A program made the position numbers and the translations under genes. The notes below the pieces were generated by a model that worked only from the letters and a program-made list of their open reading frames with translations, had not been told where the DNA came from and did not search any database. From the NCBI GenBank assembly GCA_045863295.1, contig BTWA01000004.1:160001-224000 (forward strand): a DNA stretch of 64,000 nt. The letters are read 5' to 3'. The first letter of the stretch is position 1; every line of letters begins with the position of its first letter. Of the stretch, positions 38,397-48,945 are shown piece after piece. The stretch comes from Candidatus Hydrogenedentota bacterium (GTDB lineage: Bacteria > Hydrogenedentota > Hydrogenedentia > Hydrogenedentales > SLHB01).

Positions 38397-38903
38397 TCAA
38401 GAAGTAGCTTTGGCTTCGGTGGGCTTCACCAGGTCTTCAAGAACTTCCAGGAGCATCTCATGGTCAACCCCGTACGCCATGCAGACTTGACCTACCGTCT
38501 CATACTGGTTAATTCCGCAGTGTGAACACCCGCCCAAATGAAACGCCGCAAATACTTCGGCCACCCGGGGGTGGATAGACATTGCCTCCCCGATGGACAT
38601 ATCCAAGCTGAAAACGGGGCCATCGGAGGCAATGCCCAAGTGATCGCCGCCGTTGTCTTTCACATGGTCGTCATGCCAGTACTGGCCGAATTCCTCCTCC
38701 GAGGACTTGGTCATGTAGGCCATGTTGTTCATCTTCTTGACCACGGGATTGCGGATGCAGTCGATTTCGCCCGTTGCCGGAATGTACGTCATCTGGCGTT
38801 GAATGGTAAATGTCTCGTCGCATTCATAGTACACCCATGCATCCCCTTTGCCGGGGACCGGCTGGCTTACTTTGTAATAGAGCATATGGCTTGTTGCCTC
38901 CAT
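38397..38903 (-). CDS. Two-domain protein with C-terminal DUF1858-like Cys-rich domain
   Basis: DMSIGEAMSIHPRVAEVFAAFHLGGCSHC....ETVGQVCMAYGVD; N-terminal domain unassigned; start uncertain. Confidence 0.7.
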   Translation of the reverse strand: MEATSHMLYYKVSQPVPGKGDAWVYYECDETFTIQRQMTYIPATGEIDCIRNPVVKKMNNMAYMTKSSEEEFGQYWHDDHVKDNGGDHLGIASDGPVFSLDMSIGEAMSIHPRVAEVFAAFHLGGCSHCGINQYETVGQVCMAYGVDHEMLLEVLEDLVKPTEAKATS

Positions 38904-38960
38904 TAGTGAAAACACATCCCCCGGATGCGCTTATTTCACGCGCGGCCGCTCCCGATACAA

Positions 38961-41747
38961 TCAGGCGGGCTCCGCCGGCGCTTCATCCGAACTGACAACG
39001 GTTACGGGCGCAATGGTTTCGAGGCCTTCTTTCACTTTGGCCGCGTCGCCAAGCACGACAATCAGCATCTTATCCGGGTGTACCAACGTGGTGGCAATGT
39101 CCTGGACCTGCTCCGGCGTCGTGGCCTTATACCCCTCCACGACCCGCTGCAAATAATCTTTGGGCAGGCCGTTAATCTGAATCTTCCACATCTCGCGCAC
39201 GTTGTCGCCCGGCGTTTCAAGAGCCGAAGGAAATGCGCCAACCAGATAGGACTTGGCCTGCTTCAATTCGGCCTCGGTCGCGGGCTCGGACTGCATGCTT
39301 TTGATGACTTCCAGCAGTCCCTCAACGGTTTCCTTCGTCGTTTCCGTTTTGGTGAACGTACTCGCCATGAACACGCCGCAGAACCGGTAGGGCATGAACG
39401 TGCCGGAGGCGCCGTAGGTCAATCCGCGTTGCACGCGCAAAACGTTGTTCAGACGGCTGCCAAATGAGCCGCCAAAAACCTCCGCGAACACACGCGCCTG
39501 TATGAATTTCGGATGGTCGCGGTTAATTCCTTGCTGCCCCGCGTAGATATTGCTCTGCACGGCGCCCGGCGTGTCCACCAGGACGATGCGCGTAGACTCG
39601 ATCTCCGGAATGGCGGGTAATTTGACCTCCGGCTTCTTTCCTTCCGCTTTCCATGAGGCGAAATGTTTTTCCACTTCGGCAAAGGCCGCGGCCGGATCCA
39701 CGTCGCCCGCGATGTACATGACGCCCGCATCGGGCCGGCCGTGCGATGACCACCAGGCTTTCACTCGATCAAGGGTTACAGCGTCGAATGTGGCCAACTG
39801 GCCGTCGGCGGGCCGGGCATAGGGGTGGTTGCCGAAGTAGTATTTGCGAAACTCCTGCGCGACTTGATAGTGCGGATCGCGCTCCTGCGACGCGAGGTTA
39901 CTCTTCATTTGTCCATGAAGGGTTTTGTACTCATCCTCGGGAAACGTAGGCCGCAACAGGATTTCCGCGGTGAGTTCCAGGGCAAGGGGCAACTTATCCG
40001 CAAGCCCGGAAATGGCAAACGTGGTGGCATCGTTGTCCGCGCCTCCTTCGATGGAAAGGGCATTGGATTCCAGTTTCTCGGCGAGTTCAGTGGACGTATA
40101 GTGTTCGGTGCCTTTGGGCAGCATCCGCGCCGCAAAGTTGGCCACACCGGCGGGGCTATCGGGATCCTGCGACCAGCCGCCGTAATCCAACCCGAGCATC
40201 ACGGAAATGAACGGCACTTCTTTGTTCGGCACTACCACGACCTTAAGCCCGTTTTGAAGCGTCTTTTCTTCAAAAGGCGCCAACGGCAACTCTTCCAGCA
40301 ACCCTTTGACAGGCGGTTCGGAAGGCCATCCGGCGGGCCGTTCGACGCCTGTTTTCTGGTATTCGCGCGTGGGCGGCGCATAGTCTTTGGGATCCCAGCC
40401 TTCGTCCGGGTTGTATTCGAATTCCTTGTTGGGCACGACACTGACAATCGTGCGGCGTTCTTGGGTGAGGTACTTCTTCGCCACGCGTTGAATGTCGTCG
40501 TTAGTCACCGCTTCGATGGCCGCTTGCTCCTGGTTCAGCCAATCGGGGGAGCCATGGTTTACAATCGTATCGCCGATCTCGCGGGCTTTGTCGGCGATGG
40601 TGAGTTGATTAAAGACGATTGATCGCAGCCGTTGATTTTTTGCCTTCTGCAATTCTTCAGGGGTAATACCTTCCGCCTGCACCCGCGCGATGTGCTCGTC
40701 GAGCGCGGCAAAGACCGGCGCGGTCTCACGCTTGCTGAATGGATTCAAGGCCCCGCCAATCGCGAAAACGCCATCTTGCTGCAGAAACACATCAAAAACC
40801 ACTGTTTCCACGCACAGCTTGCGTGTCTTGACCAGGTCGACATTCAGGCGGCTGCTCTCCCCCATGGCCAACACGCTGATTAACAGGCTTAGAGGCACTT
40901 CATCCGGGTGCTTGCTGGCGACGCCGCGAAAGGCATACACGGCCATGGGCACCGGACCCAGCCGTTCCTGCAAGGTAACGGATCGCTCCCCGGTTTGGTC
41001 AGGCTCCACAATGGCGACCGGCTCCGGCTTGGGATACTTGGGCATCCATCCAAAATGACTCTTGGCCGCTTCCAGCGCCTGCTGGTGTGACACGGCGCCG
41101 ACAATGATCAGATTTGCGTTGGAAGGTACGTAATAGGTGTCCCAGAAGTGATGCAATTCGTCGATCTTTGCGGCTTCGAGATGAGCTATACGTCCGATGG
41201 GCGTCCAAAGATACGGATGTTTGGTGAAGATGGCGGGAAGCACACGCTCAAACAGCGTCCCGTACGGGGCGTTCAGGCCAAGCCTGCGCTCTTCCTTCAC
41301 CACGTTGCGTTCGGTTTCGAATCCTTCCTCGTTGATGTTCAGGAAAAGCATGCGTTCCGCTTCGAGCCAAAGCGCCAGATCAAGCTGGTTGGCGGGTACG
41401 GTCTGGTAGTAGTTGGTACGATCAAAATCCGTCGTGCCATTGAGATCGCCGCCAACCGAGTTTATCAATTGAAAATACCCCTCGGGCGGCAAGTTGCTGG
41501 TACCCCGGAACATCATGTGCTCAAACATATGCGCGAAACCCTGGCGATTCGGGTTTTCGTCTTTGGATCCAACGTTGTACCAAACCTGGACGGTCACGAT
41601 CGGACAGGAAAAGTCTTCCATTGTGACTACGCGCAGACCGTTGTCCAAAATCGTCTCTTTGAAATCGAAGGCGGGATCAGCCGATGCCGGCGCTGTAGAG
41701 GCGAGGCACGAAAGAACCAGAGTGGCGACCATGAAAAATCGTTGCAC
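38961..41747 (-). CDS. M16 (insulinase/pitrilysin) zinc peptidase, two-lobed, exported
   Basis: Signal peptide; LDNGL, GFAHMFEHMMFRGT (HxxEH), NGTT, ERNVVKEE; second half lacks HxxEH; GTG start inferred. Confidence 0.9.
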   Translation of the reverse strand: MQRFFMVATLVLSCLASTAPASADPAFDFKETILDNGLRVVTMEDFSCPIVTVQVWYNVGSKDENPNRQGFAHMFEHMMFRGTSNLPPEGYFQLINSVGGDLNGTTDFDRTNYYQTVPANQLDLALWLEAERMLFLNINEEGFETERNVVKEERRLGLNAPYGTLFERVLPAIFTKHPYLWTPIGRIAHLEAAKIDELHHFWDTYYVPSNANLIIVGAVSHQQALEAAKSHFGWMPKYPKPEPVAIVEPDQTGERSVTLQERLGPVPMAVYAFRGVASKHPDEVPLSLLISVLAMGESSRLNVDLVKTRKLCVETVVFDVFLQQDGVFAIGGALNPFSKRETAPVFAALDEHIARVQAEGITPEELQKAKNQRLRSIVFNQLTIADKAREIGDTIVNHGSPDWLNQEQAAIEAVTNDDIQRVAKKYLTQERRTIVSVVPNKEFEYNPDEGWDPKDYAPPTREYQKTGVERPAGWPSEPPVKGLLEELPLAPFEEKTLQNGLKVVVVPNKEVPFISVMLGLDYGGWSQDPDSPAGVANFAARMLPKGTEHYTSTELAEKLESNALSIEGGADNDATTFAISGLADKLPLALELTAEILLRPTFPEDEYKTLHGQMKSNLASQERDPHYQVAQEFRKYYFGNHPYARPADGQLATFDAVTLDRVKAWWSSHGRPDAGVMYIAGDVDPAAAFAEVEKHFASWKAEGKKPEVKLPAIPEIESTRIVLVDTPGAVQSNIYAGQQGINRDHPKFIQARVFAEVFGGSFGSRLNNVLRVQRGLTYGASGTFMPYRFCGVFMASTFTKTETTKETVEGLLEVIKSMQSEPATEAELKQAKSYLVGAFPSALETPGDNVREMWKIQINGLPKDYLQRVVEGYKATTPEQVQDIATTLVHPDKMLIVVLGDAAKVKEGLETIAPVTVVSSDEAPAEPA

Positions 41748-41927
41748 CGGAATGTCTCCCAGGTTGGACGGAAATCGGCAGCCCTTTGCCGCAAGCCCTA
41801 TCGACAGGCGCAATTATGATGGGACCCGAACACGAACGCAAGACGCGAAACCGCGGAAACAACCGCGGTCCGCAGACACCACCGGAGCATCTCGCCGGGA
41901 GGAAACAGGTCTGTCTGTCCGGCCGGT

Positions 41928-42995
41928 TTACCGGATTTCCAGCATCCGGTCAATGGAGACTCGGGCGCGCTTGATAAGGTCTTCCGGCAATTCGATTTTG
42001 TATTGGATTTTCCGCAATGCTTCGAGCGTATCTTCGAGCGTAATTTGGTTCATGTGGGGGCAGCGGATACTGCACAATCGGACAATATCCTTATTCGGGT
42101 ATTCCGCCATGATGTTGTCGCCCATGCTGCATTCGGTCAGCAACAGCAACTGGTTGGCTTCGGTCTTATTGATGAACTCGATCATCTGTTTCGTGCTGCC
42201 CGCGTAATCCACCTCGTCGATGACTTCGGGGCTGCATTCCGGGTGTGCCAGAATGGTCACCTCCGGGAACTGCCGGCGCACGTTGTGCACATCGCCGACG
42301 GTAAATTGATCGTGCACTTCGCATCGCACGTTCCAGCCGATAACACATGTATCGGCGGCCGGTTCGGGCATTCTTCCTCGCGAAGCAAGCGTAAATGGGA
42401 TCTCCAATTCATGCGCGGTGTTGCGCGCAAGAAATTCGTCGGGCAGAAACACAATCGTCTTGTGGCCTTTGGCCAACAGGTGCTGAACCACTTTGCTCGC
42501 ATTGCCCGACGTGCAGCAATAGTCCGCCTCGGCCTTCACGTCCGCGTAGGTGTTCACGTAGGTAACGACAACGCATCCGGGATAGGCTTCGCGCAAGGCT
42601 TTTACGTCGTCCGCGGAGATGCCCGCGGCAAGGGAACAGCCCGCCTTCTTTGATGGAATGAGAACGGTCTTGCCCGGATTCAAAATCTTTGCTGTTTCCG
42701 CCATGAACTGCACACCGCAGAACAAGATAATATCGGCCGGCGTTGTAGCCGAAATCCGGGATAACTCCAGGGAATCCCCGGTATAGTCGGGCACGGAATG
42801 GAACAACGCCGGTTCCATATAATTGTGACCCAGAATCACGGCGTTCAGTTCACGCTTCAGACGGTTGATTTCATACGCCAGTTCGGCCTTAATGCGGATT
42901 TCCACTTCAGGCACGACCCTGCGAAGCTTAGCCTCCATGCGAACCTGCGTTTCCTGCAGGCTTGGGGCATCCTGAACCAACAATGACTGTGACAT
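41928..42995 (-). CDS. nadA: Quinolinate synthase A ([4Fe-4S])
   Basis: LGHNY, GDSLEL, CGVQFMAETAKILNP, AGCSLA, YVNT, CTSGNA, CEVH, AHPEC, CPHM. Confidence 0.96.
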   Translation of the reverse strand: MSQSLLVQDAPSLQETQVRMEAKLRRVVPEVEIRIKAELAYEINRLKRELNAVILGHNYMEPALFHSVPDYTGDSLELSRISATTPADIILFCGVQFMAETAKILNPGKTVLIPSKKAGCSLAAGISADDVKALREAYPGCVVVTYVNTYADVKAEADYCCTSGNASKVVQHLLAKGHKTIVFLPDEFLARNTAHELEIPFTLASRGRMPEPAADTCVIGWNVRCEVHDQFTVGDVHNVRRQFPEVTILAHPECSPEVIDEVDYAGSTKQMIEFINKTEANQLLLLTECSMGDNIMAEYPNKDIVRLCSIRCPHMNQITLEDTLEALRKIQYKIELPEDLIKRARVSIDRMLEIR

Positions 42996-42997
42996 AG

Positions 42998-43033
42998 CGC
43001 TCCGACTTTCTTACGCCGGGAGCGGCCGGCGTA
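42998..43033 (-). promoter_or_regulatory. H-type pseudoknot covering the nadA SD (candidate NAD+-II-like riboswitch)
   Basis: TACGCCG/CGGCGTA stem; loop CGCTCC complementary to GGAGCG at the SD; A-rich linker AGAAAGTC. Confidence 0.55.
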
Positions 43034-43229
43034 GGGCTCCATACCTGAAGCCAACTCCGCATTTCCCGTAGAAATGCGCCGAAGGACGGATCAAGTGTAC
43101 TCCTACCTATAGCATACCAAGCATACCGGCTCTTCATCAATCGGTGATTTTGGCAATTCTCGCCCGTTCCGGCACGCACCGAATAGAGGGCAGGAGCTTC
43201 ATACGAGAAAACGCGGCGGAGAAACGAAC

Positions 43230-43682
43230 CTATTCCGTGGAGGCGACTTCGCCTTTGCCTTCCAAGGCATTCAACATGGCATACCAAGCCAGGGTGGCAC
43301 ACTTTATGCGCACGGGATACTCGCGCACCCCGCTGAAAACCATTAACTTTCCCAAGTCCGCTTCGCTCAATTCTTTGTCGGGCTCGGAGGTCACCATATG
43401 GTGAAATTTGACGAACATATCGTGCGCCTCTTTGGCCGTCTTGCCCTTGACCAATGTGGTCATCAACGAAGCGGACGATTTCGAAATGGCGCAGCCATTG
43501 CCCTGGAAGCTGATGTCGTCGATCCTATCGCCGTTCATTTTCAGGAAAATGGTGAACTGATCGCCACAGAGGGGATTGAATCCTTTGACCTCGTGATCGG
43601 GATTCTCGATGGCACGAAAGTTCCTCGGCGTCTTGTTGTGTTCCAAGATAACTTGTTCGTACAACGCGCGATTCTGGGTCAT
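43230..43682 (-). CDS. sufU: SUF system sulfur-transfer/scaffold protein SufU
   Basis: LYEQVILEH, NPLCGD, GCAISKSSAS, PVRIKCATL; TGATG coupling to sufS. Confidence 0.93.
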   Translation of the reverse strand: MTQNRALYEQVILEHNKTPRNFRAIENPDHEVKGFNPLCGDQFTIFLKMNGDRIDDISFQGNGCAISKSSASLMTTLVKGKTAKEAHDMFVKFHHMVTSEPDKELSEADLGKLMVFSGVREYPVRIKCATLAWYAMLNALEGKGEVASTE

Positions 43683-44983
43683 CACCCAAAGACCTCTTTT
43701 ACCCGATCGATGGCTTTCGCCACCGCATCAAGCTCGCTTTTGGTGTTGTAGAATGCGAGCGAGATGCGCGCGGTGGCTGGCACGCCGAATCGCTGCATGA
43801 CCGGCTGCGCGCAATGGTGTCCGGCGCGGATGGCAATACCCATCTCGTCAAATATCTGGCCAATATCGTGAGGATGAGCGGCATCCATGGTGAACGACAG
43901 CACGGACGCTTTGTTGCGCGCGGTGCCAATCAGCTGGACTCCTTCAATGCCGCCGAGAATATCTGTCCCGTATTGGGTCAAATCGAGTTCGTACGATCCG
44001 ATTCGATCCATCCCGATGGATTCAAGAAAGTCAATGGCGGCACCCATACCGATGGCGCCGGCAATGTTGGGGGTACCGGCTTCGAACCGGTAAGGCGGCT
44101 TGTTGTACGTCGTCTTTTCAAAGGTGACCGACAAGATCATGTCGCCGCCGCCCATGTAGGGAGGCATGGCTTCCAACAGGGGGGCTTTCCCAAACAAGAA
44201 ACCAATACCCGTCGGTCCGCAGAACTTGTGGCCGGAACCCACGTAGAAATCGCAGTCCAAATCCTGCACATCGACTTTCAGATGAGGCAACGCTTGTGCG
44301 CCATCCAACAGCACTACCGCACCGGCGGCGTGGGCTTTTTCGGTCAATGACTTCACGGGATTGATGGTTCCCAACGCATTGGAAACATGGTTCAACGCGA
44401 CCAGTTTCACTTTGCCGGTGAGCAACGTGTCAAAGGCGTCCAGGTCCAGTTCACCCGCGTCAGTAATGGGGCATACGCGCAATGTCGCACCGGTCTGCTC
44501 ACAGACCATCTGCCACGGCACGATGTTGGAATGGTGCTCCATGTGCGTAATCAACACTTCGTCGCCGGCCTTGAGGCGCTGGCGCGCGTAGCTTTGGGCC
44601 ACGAGGTTGATCGCTTCGGTGGCGCCGCGGGTGAACACAATTTCGCACCCGACAACCGCATTGATGAACTGCTGCACCTTTTTGCGGGCGTTTTCGTATT
44701 CGGCGGTCGCGACCTGGCTCAGGTAATGGACGCCCCGATGCACATTTGCATTCTGGCTCTCGTAGTAGGCTTTCACCGCATTGATTACAGAGTGAGGCTT
44801 TTGGCTGGTCGCGGCGTTGTCAAAATAGACAAGGGGGCGTCCTTTGCGAACCATGCCGAGGATCGGAAACTGCGATCGGATGCTTTCTATTTCAGCGTCC
44901 GACAACGCTCCGCCCGCCTGCGCCTTGGGCTGGCGGGAAGTTTCAGTAGTTATGACTCGTTCCGTCAAAATGTCACCACGCAT
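43682..44983 (-). CDS. sufS: Cysteine desulfurase SufS
   Basis: YFDNAATSQKP, NVHRG, MEHHSNIVPWQ, SGHK, IRAGHHCAQP. Confidence 0.96.
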   Translation of the reverse strand: MRGDILTERVITTETSRQPKAQAGGALSDAEIESIRSQFPILGMVRKGRPLVYFDNAATSQKPHSVINAVKAYYESQNANVHRGVHYLSQVATAEYENARKKVQQFINAVVGCEIVFTRGATEAINLVAQSYARQRLKAGDEVLITHMEHHSNIVPWQMVCEQTGATLRVCPITDAGELDLDAFDTLLTGKVKLVALNHVSNALGTINPVKSLTEKAHAAGAVVLLDGAQALPHLKVDVQDLDCDFYVGSGHKFCGPTGIGFLFGKAPLLEAMPPYMGGGDMILSVTFEKTTYNKPPYRFEAGTPNIAGAIGMGAAIDFLESIGMDRIGSYELDLTQYGTDILGGIEGVQLIGTARNKASVLSFTMDAAHPHDIGQIFDEMGIAIRAGHHCAQPVMQRFGVPATARISLAFYNTKSELDAVAKAIDRVKEVFG

Positions 44984-45012
44984 GGCGGTAAACCTCGTTT
45001 CGAGGCGCGCCC

Positions 45013-46344
45013 TTAAGCTTCGATAGGACTATACCGATCAAAGACCGATTTTTCGAGGTACTTTCGAAGGGGCTCGACCTCCAGTTCCCGCACGACTTCG
45101 TCGGCAAACCCGTACGTGAGCATGGCTCTCGCCATGTCTTCGGCGATTCCTCGCGTGCGGAAGTAATAGATTTGCTGGGGTTCATGCTGGCCGATGGTGG
45201 CCCCGTGGGTACACTTCACATCATCGGCATATATCTCAAGCTGCGGCTTGGTGTCCGCCGTCGCCTTATCGGACAGCAACAAATTCTGGTTGAGTTGGTT
45301 TGAGTCCGTCTTCTGCGCATGGGGACGAACGAACACTTTTCCCGTGAACACGGAATGGCTCTTGTCCGCCAGGACGCCCTTGTAGCCAATATAGCTGGAA
45401 CAATGAGGCTTGGCGTGCTCTATATGCGTGTAGTTGTCGATCAATTCTTCGTTCTGTGCGAGGTACAACCCGTTCAACAAGGTTTCCGCGCCTTCACCAT
45501 CGAGCAAAACGGACAATTCGTTGCGCGCAATATTGCCACCCAGGAAAATGGAAAACGACTTGAAATTGCTGTCCCGGTGCTGGCGCACTTTCATGGCAGA
45601 CAAATGATATCCATTGGGTGCTTCGTGCAGCACTTTGTAAAACTGGAGACGGGCCCCGTCTTGCAACTCTGCTTCGGTCACTACGTTGTTCAGGTAGGCC
45701 GCGTCCCCACCGAGATTGACATAGCTTTCAATGACGACCGACTCGCTATCGCGTCCGGCGACAATGAGATTGCGGGGATGGTGGGCCGCCGGACATTCCT
45801 GACGCGTTGTGATGTAAACAAGATGAATGGGGCTGGTTGCCTTCCTGCCGGGTTCAATGCGTATGTACGCCCCGTCTATCAGGAATGCCGAATTCAGGGC
45901 GCCGAAAACCCCTCCGGAACCGTTCAGCACCGCATTCAGGCAGGGCGCCAATTCGGCCTCGCGCGTGTCCAAAGCCTGCGCGATATTGGCCGCGATCACA
46001 CCCTCACACACCGTTGAACGCGACAAAGCGGGCGCATAAAAACCATTCACAAAAACCAGCGTAGTCCAGTCCGATCCGCCCAGAAGAAACGGGGCCACGT
46101 CGGACGCGGACAACCCATGCACGGCCGGCTCGGTCGGCGAGACAAATGCCGTGCGAAGTATCGGATTCACGTTGGTAAAACGCCACTCCTCCATGCGACG
46201 GCTCGGAAGAGGCATCTCGGCAAACCGTGCCGCGCCATTTTCTCGTATCGACTTAACCCATGCGGGCGCCGGCAGCGTGGACGCTTTTTCCATCGCCGTC
46301 AGGAAGTGGCTTTTGTCGTTTTGTGTGGACTGAACCAGCGTCAT
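45013..46344 (-). CDS. sufD: Fe-S cluster assembly protein SufD
   Basis: EEWRFT, AQKTDS, KPQLEIYADDVKCTHGAT. Confidence 0.95.
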   Translation of the reverse strand: MTLVQSTQNDKSHFLTAMEKASTLPAPAWVKSIRENGAARFAEMPLPSRRMEEWRFTNVNPILRTAFVSPTEPAVHGLSASDVAPFLLGGSDWTTLVFVNGFYAPALSRSTVCEGVIAANIAQALDTREAELAPCLNAVLNGSGGVFGALNSAFLIDGAYIRIEPGRKATSPIHLVYITTRQECPAAHHPRNLIVAGRDSESVVIESYVNLGGDAAYLNNVVTEAELQDGARLQFYKVLHEAPNGYHLSAMKVRQHRDSNFKSFSIFLGGNIARNELSVLLDGEGAETLLNGLYLAQNEELIDNYTHIEHAKPHCSSYIGYKGVLADKSHSVFTGKVFVRPHAQKTDSNQLNQNLLLSDKATADTKPQLEIYADDVKCTHGATIGQHEPQQIYYFRTRGIAEDMARAMLTYGFADEVVRELEVEPLRKYLEKSVFDRYSPIEA

Positions 46345-46360
46345 TGGATCCCGAGTCTCC

Positions 46361-47119
46361 TTACACGCTCGCAGGGACCGACTCGCGGACCCAGTCGTAG
46401 CCTTTTTCCTCGAGTTCCAACGCCAACTCCTTGCCGCCGGACTTCACGATCTTTCCCTGCACGAGGACGTGCACATAATCCGGCACTATATAGTTGAGGA
46501 GACGTTGATAGTGCGTAACCACAATGAATGCACGATCGGCGGACCGCAAGCGGTTCACGCCTTCGGAGACTATCTTCAGTGCGTCGATATCAAGGCCGGA
46601 ATCGGTTTCATCCAGAATGGCCAGCTTGGGTTCCATTACCGCCAACTGGAGGATTTCGTTCCGCTTCTTTTCGCCGCCGGAAAAACCATCGTTAACCGGG
46701 CGGCCGGCAAAGCCATGGTCGATCGCCACCAAATCCATCTTCTCACGCAACAGCTCGCGAAAGTCCATTGTGTCGAGTTCTTCAATGCCGTGGCTCTTGC
46801 GAATCTCATTCAGCGCCGCATGAAGAAAGTATTCGTTCGTGATGCCCGGAATCTCGACTGGATATTGAAACGCCAGAAACAACCCCAGTCGCGCGCGCTC
46901 CTCGGCAGGCATTTCCAGCAAATCCTGCCCCAGAAAGGTGACTGAACCGTCGGTGGGTTCATATTCTTCATTGCCCGCGAGGACTTGAGCCAAGGTGCTC
47001 TTGCCCGACCCGTTGGGCCCCATGATGGCGTGTACTTCACCCGGATTCACATTTAACGACACGCCGCGCAGAATCTGATTCCCTTCCACGCTAGCGTGCA
47101 GATTGCTGATTTCCAACAT
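46361..47119 (-). CDS. sufC: Fe-S cluster assembly ATPase SufC
   Basis: GPNGSGKST, FQYPVEIPG, FSGGEKKRNE, LDETDSGLD. Confidence 0.97.
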   Translation of the reverse strand: MLEISNLHASVEGNQILRGVSLNVNPGEVHAIMGPNGSGKSTLAQVLAGNEEYEPTDGSVTFLGQDLLEMPAEERARLGLFLAFQYPVEIPGITNEYFLHAALNEIRKSHGIEELDTMDFRELLREKMDLVAIDHGFAGRPVNDGFSGGEKKRNEILQLAVMEPKLAILDETDSGLDIDALKIVSEGVNRLRSADRAFIVVTHYQRLLNYIVPDYVHVLVQGKIVKSGGKELALELEEKGYDWVRESVPASV

Positions 47120-48621
47120 CAACCGACACTCCCTTCCAAACTCACACCCAGCAGTTTTGTCGCCTCAACGGCAAATTCCATGGGCAGGTGATCGAATACT
47201 TCCTTGCAAAAACCATTCACCACCATGGAAATGGCATCTTCCGTTCCAATACCGCGCTGCTTGCAGTAAAACAGTTGATCTTCACTGATCTTGGAGGTAG
47301 ACGCCTCGTGCTCCACCCGCGACGATCGGTTCCGCACCTCGATGTACGGAAATGTATGCGCGCCGCACTGATCGCCGATGAGCAGCGAATCGCATTGAGT
47401 GTAGTTCCGGCCGTTTTCGGCCTTGGGCATCATCAACACCTGGCCGCGGTAACTGTTGTTGCCATGGCCCGCGGATATCGTTTTCGAGATGATCGTGCTC
47501 TTGGTGTTCTTGCCCATATGGATCATTTTCGTGCCGGTATCCGCCTGCTGATATTTGTTGCTCACAGCGACGCTGTAAAACTCGCCCTTCGAATTGTCGC
47601 CCTGAAGGATGCAACTTGGATACTTCCACGTGATCGCGGATCCCGTTTCCACCTGCGTCCATGAAATGCGGGAATTGCGGCCCGCGCACTTGCCGCGCTT
47701 GGTCACGAAATTGTAAATGCCGCCCTTGCCTGTGTCGTCTCCGGCATACCAGTTCTGCACAGTCGAATAATTGATGTTCGCATCGTCAAGCGCAACCAAT
47801 TCCACGACGGCCGCATGTAACTGATTTTCATCGCGCATGGGTGCCGTGCACCCTTCCAGGTAATTCACGAACGCGCCCGGCTCAGCCACAATCAACGTGC
47901 GTTCGAACTGGCCCGTTTCGGCGGCGTTGATGCGAAAATACGTGGAAAGATCCATCGGGCATCGAACGCCCTGTGGAATGTAACAGAACGATCCGTCGCT
48001 GAATACGGCCGAATTCAATGCTGCGTAAAAATTGTCGTTCGCCGGAACAACGGAGCCCAGCCATTTGCGCACCAGTTCCGGGTGTTCCTTCACGGCTTCC
48101 GAAAACGAACAGAATATAACGCCTTTCTTGGACAGAATTTCGCGGTGGGTCGTGGCGACCGAAACGCTGTCGAACACGGCGTCTACAGCGACTCCCGCCA
48201 GGCGCTTTTGCTCGTCCAGGGGGATGCCCAGTTTGGCAAAGGTCTCCAGGAGTTCTTTGTCCACTTCATCAAGGCTGTTCAGCGGCTTCTTCTTGTCCCG
48301 CTTCGGCTCGGCGTAGTAACGCTGTTGCTGAAAATCGATGGGCGGATACTTCACATTGGGCCATCTCGGCTCTTCCATGGTCAGCCACTGATGAAATGCG
48401 TTCATCCGCCATTCGAGCAGCCAACCCGGCTCTTCCTTTTTCGCGGAAATCAGCCGAATCACGTCTTCATTCAGCCCACGATCAATCGTCTCCGTCTCGA
48501 TCGCGGTGGACCAGCCGTACTTGTACGACTGGTTGGCCAATTCCGCCACTTCGCGATTGCTCTGCTCGACGCGCGTACCGAGGTATTTGGCGTCTTTCAG
48601 TGTATTTTCAGGTTCGATCAT
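47119..48621 (-). CDS. sufB: Fe-S cluster assembly protein SufB
   Basis: [43 protein letters not shown]; no intein; start MIEPEN inferred. Confidence 0.96.
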   Translation of the reverse strand: MIEPENTLKDAKYLGTRVEQSNREVAELANQSYKYGWSTAIETETIDRGLNEDVIRLISAKKEEPGWLLEWRMNAFHQWLTMEEPRWPNVKYPPIDFQQQRYYAEPKRDKKKPLNSLDEVDKELLETFAKLGIPLDEQKRLAGVAVDAVFDSVSVATTHREILSKKGVIFCSFSEAVKEHPELVRKWLGSVVPANDNFYAALNSAVFSDGSFCYIPQGVRCPMDLSTYFRINAAETGQFERTLIVAEPGAFVNYLEGCTAPMRDENQLHAAVVELVALDDANINYSTVQNWYAGDDTGKGGIYNFVTKRGKCAGRNSRISWTQVETGSAITWKYPSCILQGDNSKGEFYSVAVSNKYQQADTGTKMIHMGKNTKSTIISKTISAGHGNNSYRGQVLMMPKAENGRNYTQCDSLLIGDQCGAHTFPYIEVRNRSSRVEHEASTSKISEDQLFYCKQRGIGTEDAISMVVNGFCKEVFDHLPMEFAVEATKLLGVSLEGSVG

Positions 48622-48669
48622 GACTGCTCGCGATTTCCTTCGGCTAGTTACCTGCCCGCCCTTTGTGTC

Positions 48670-48945
48670 AACAACGAAAAGCAGCGGATCCAATCCCCGC
48701 AAGGGAGGATCCGGCGCCGTGCACAGCCCGTGGCAGGCAATCGGATGCCTTCGCGGCAACGGCCCGAAGCAGGTGGCCCGGGCGTCTCAAGACGGGAAAA
48801 CTTGGAACGTCTTTACAGCCCATGCTTCCCTTGCACACCATTCCGCGCCCCTACGACGCCCCGCGGGTCTCCAAGGGAACAAGCCCACCTACAGCCCTAT
48901 TCCCCATGGCTTTCCGCATCCAAATGGCGCATACGCCCGATCCGA
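48670..48945 (-). promoter_or_regulatory. Candidate structured 5' leader/attenuator of the suf operon
   Basis: Extended -10 TGCTATAGT at 48949-48957; nested helices; terminator-like hairpin at 48685-48713. Confidence 0.4.

Noticed and set aside
47119..48621. Intein in sufB
   Set aside because: Length about 500 aa is normal and no splicing motifs or insertion are seen
48720..48930. Cobalamin riboswitch, 6S or SRP RNA identity for the sufB leader
   Set aside because: AAGGGAA is present but the B12 box, SRP loop motif and 6S rod with central bubble are not evident
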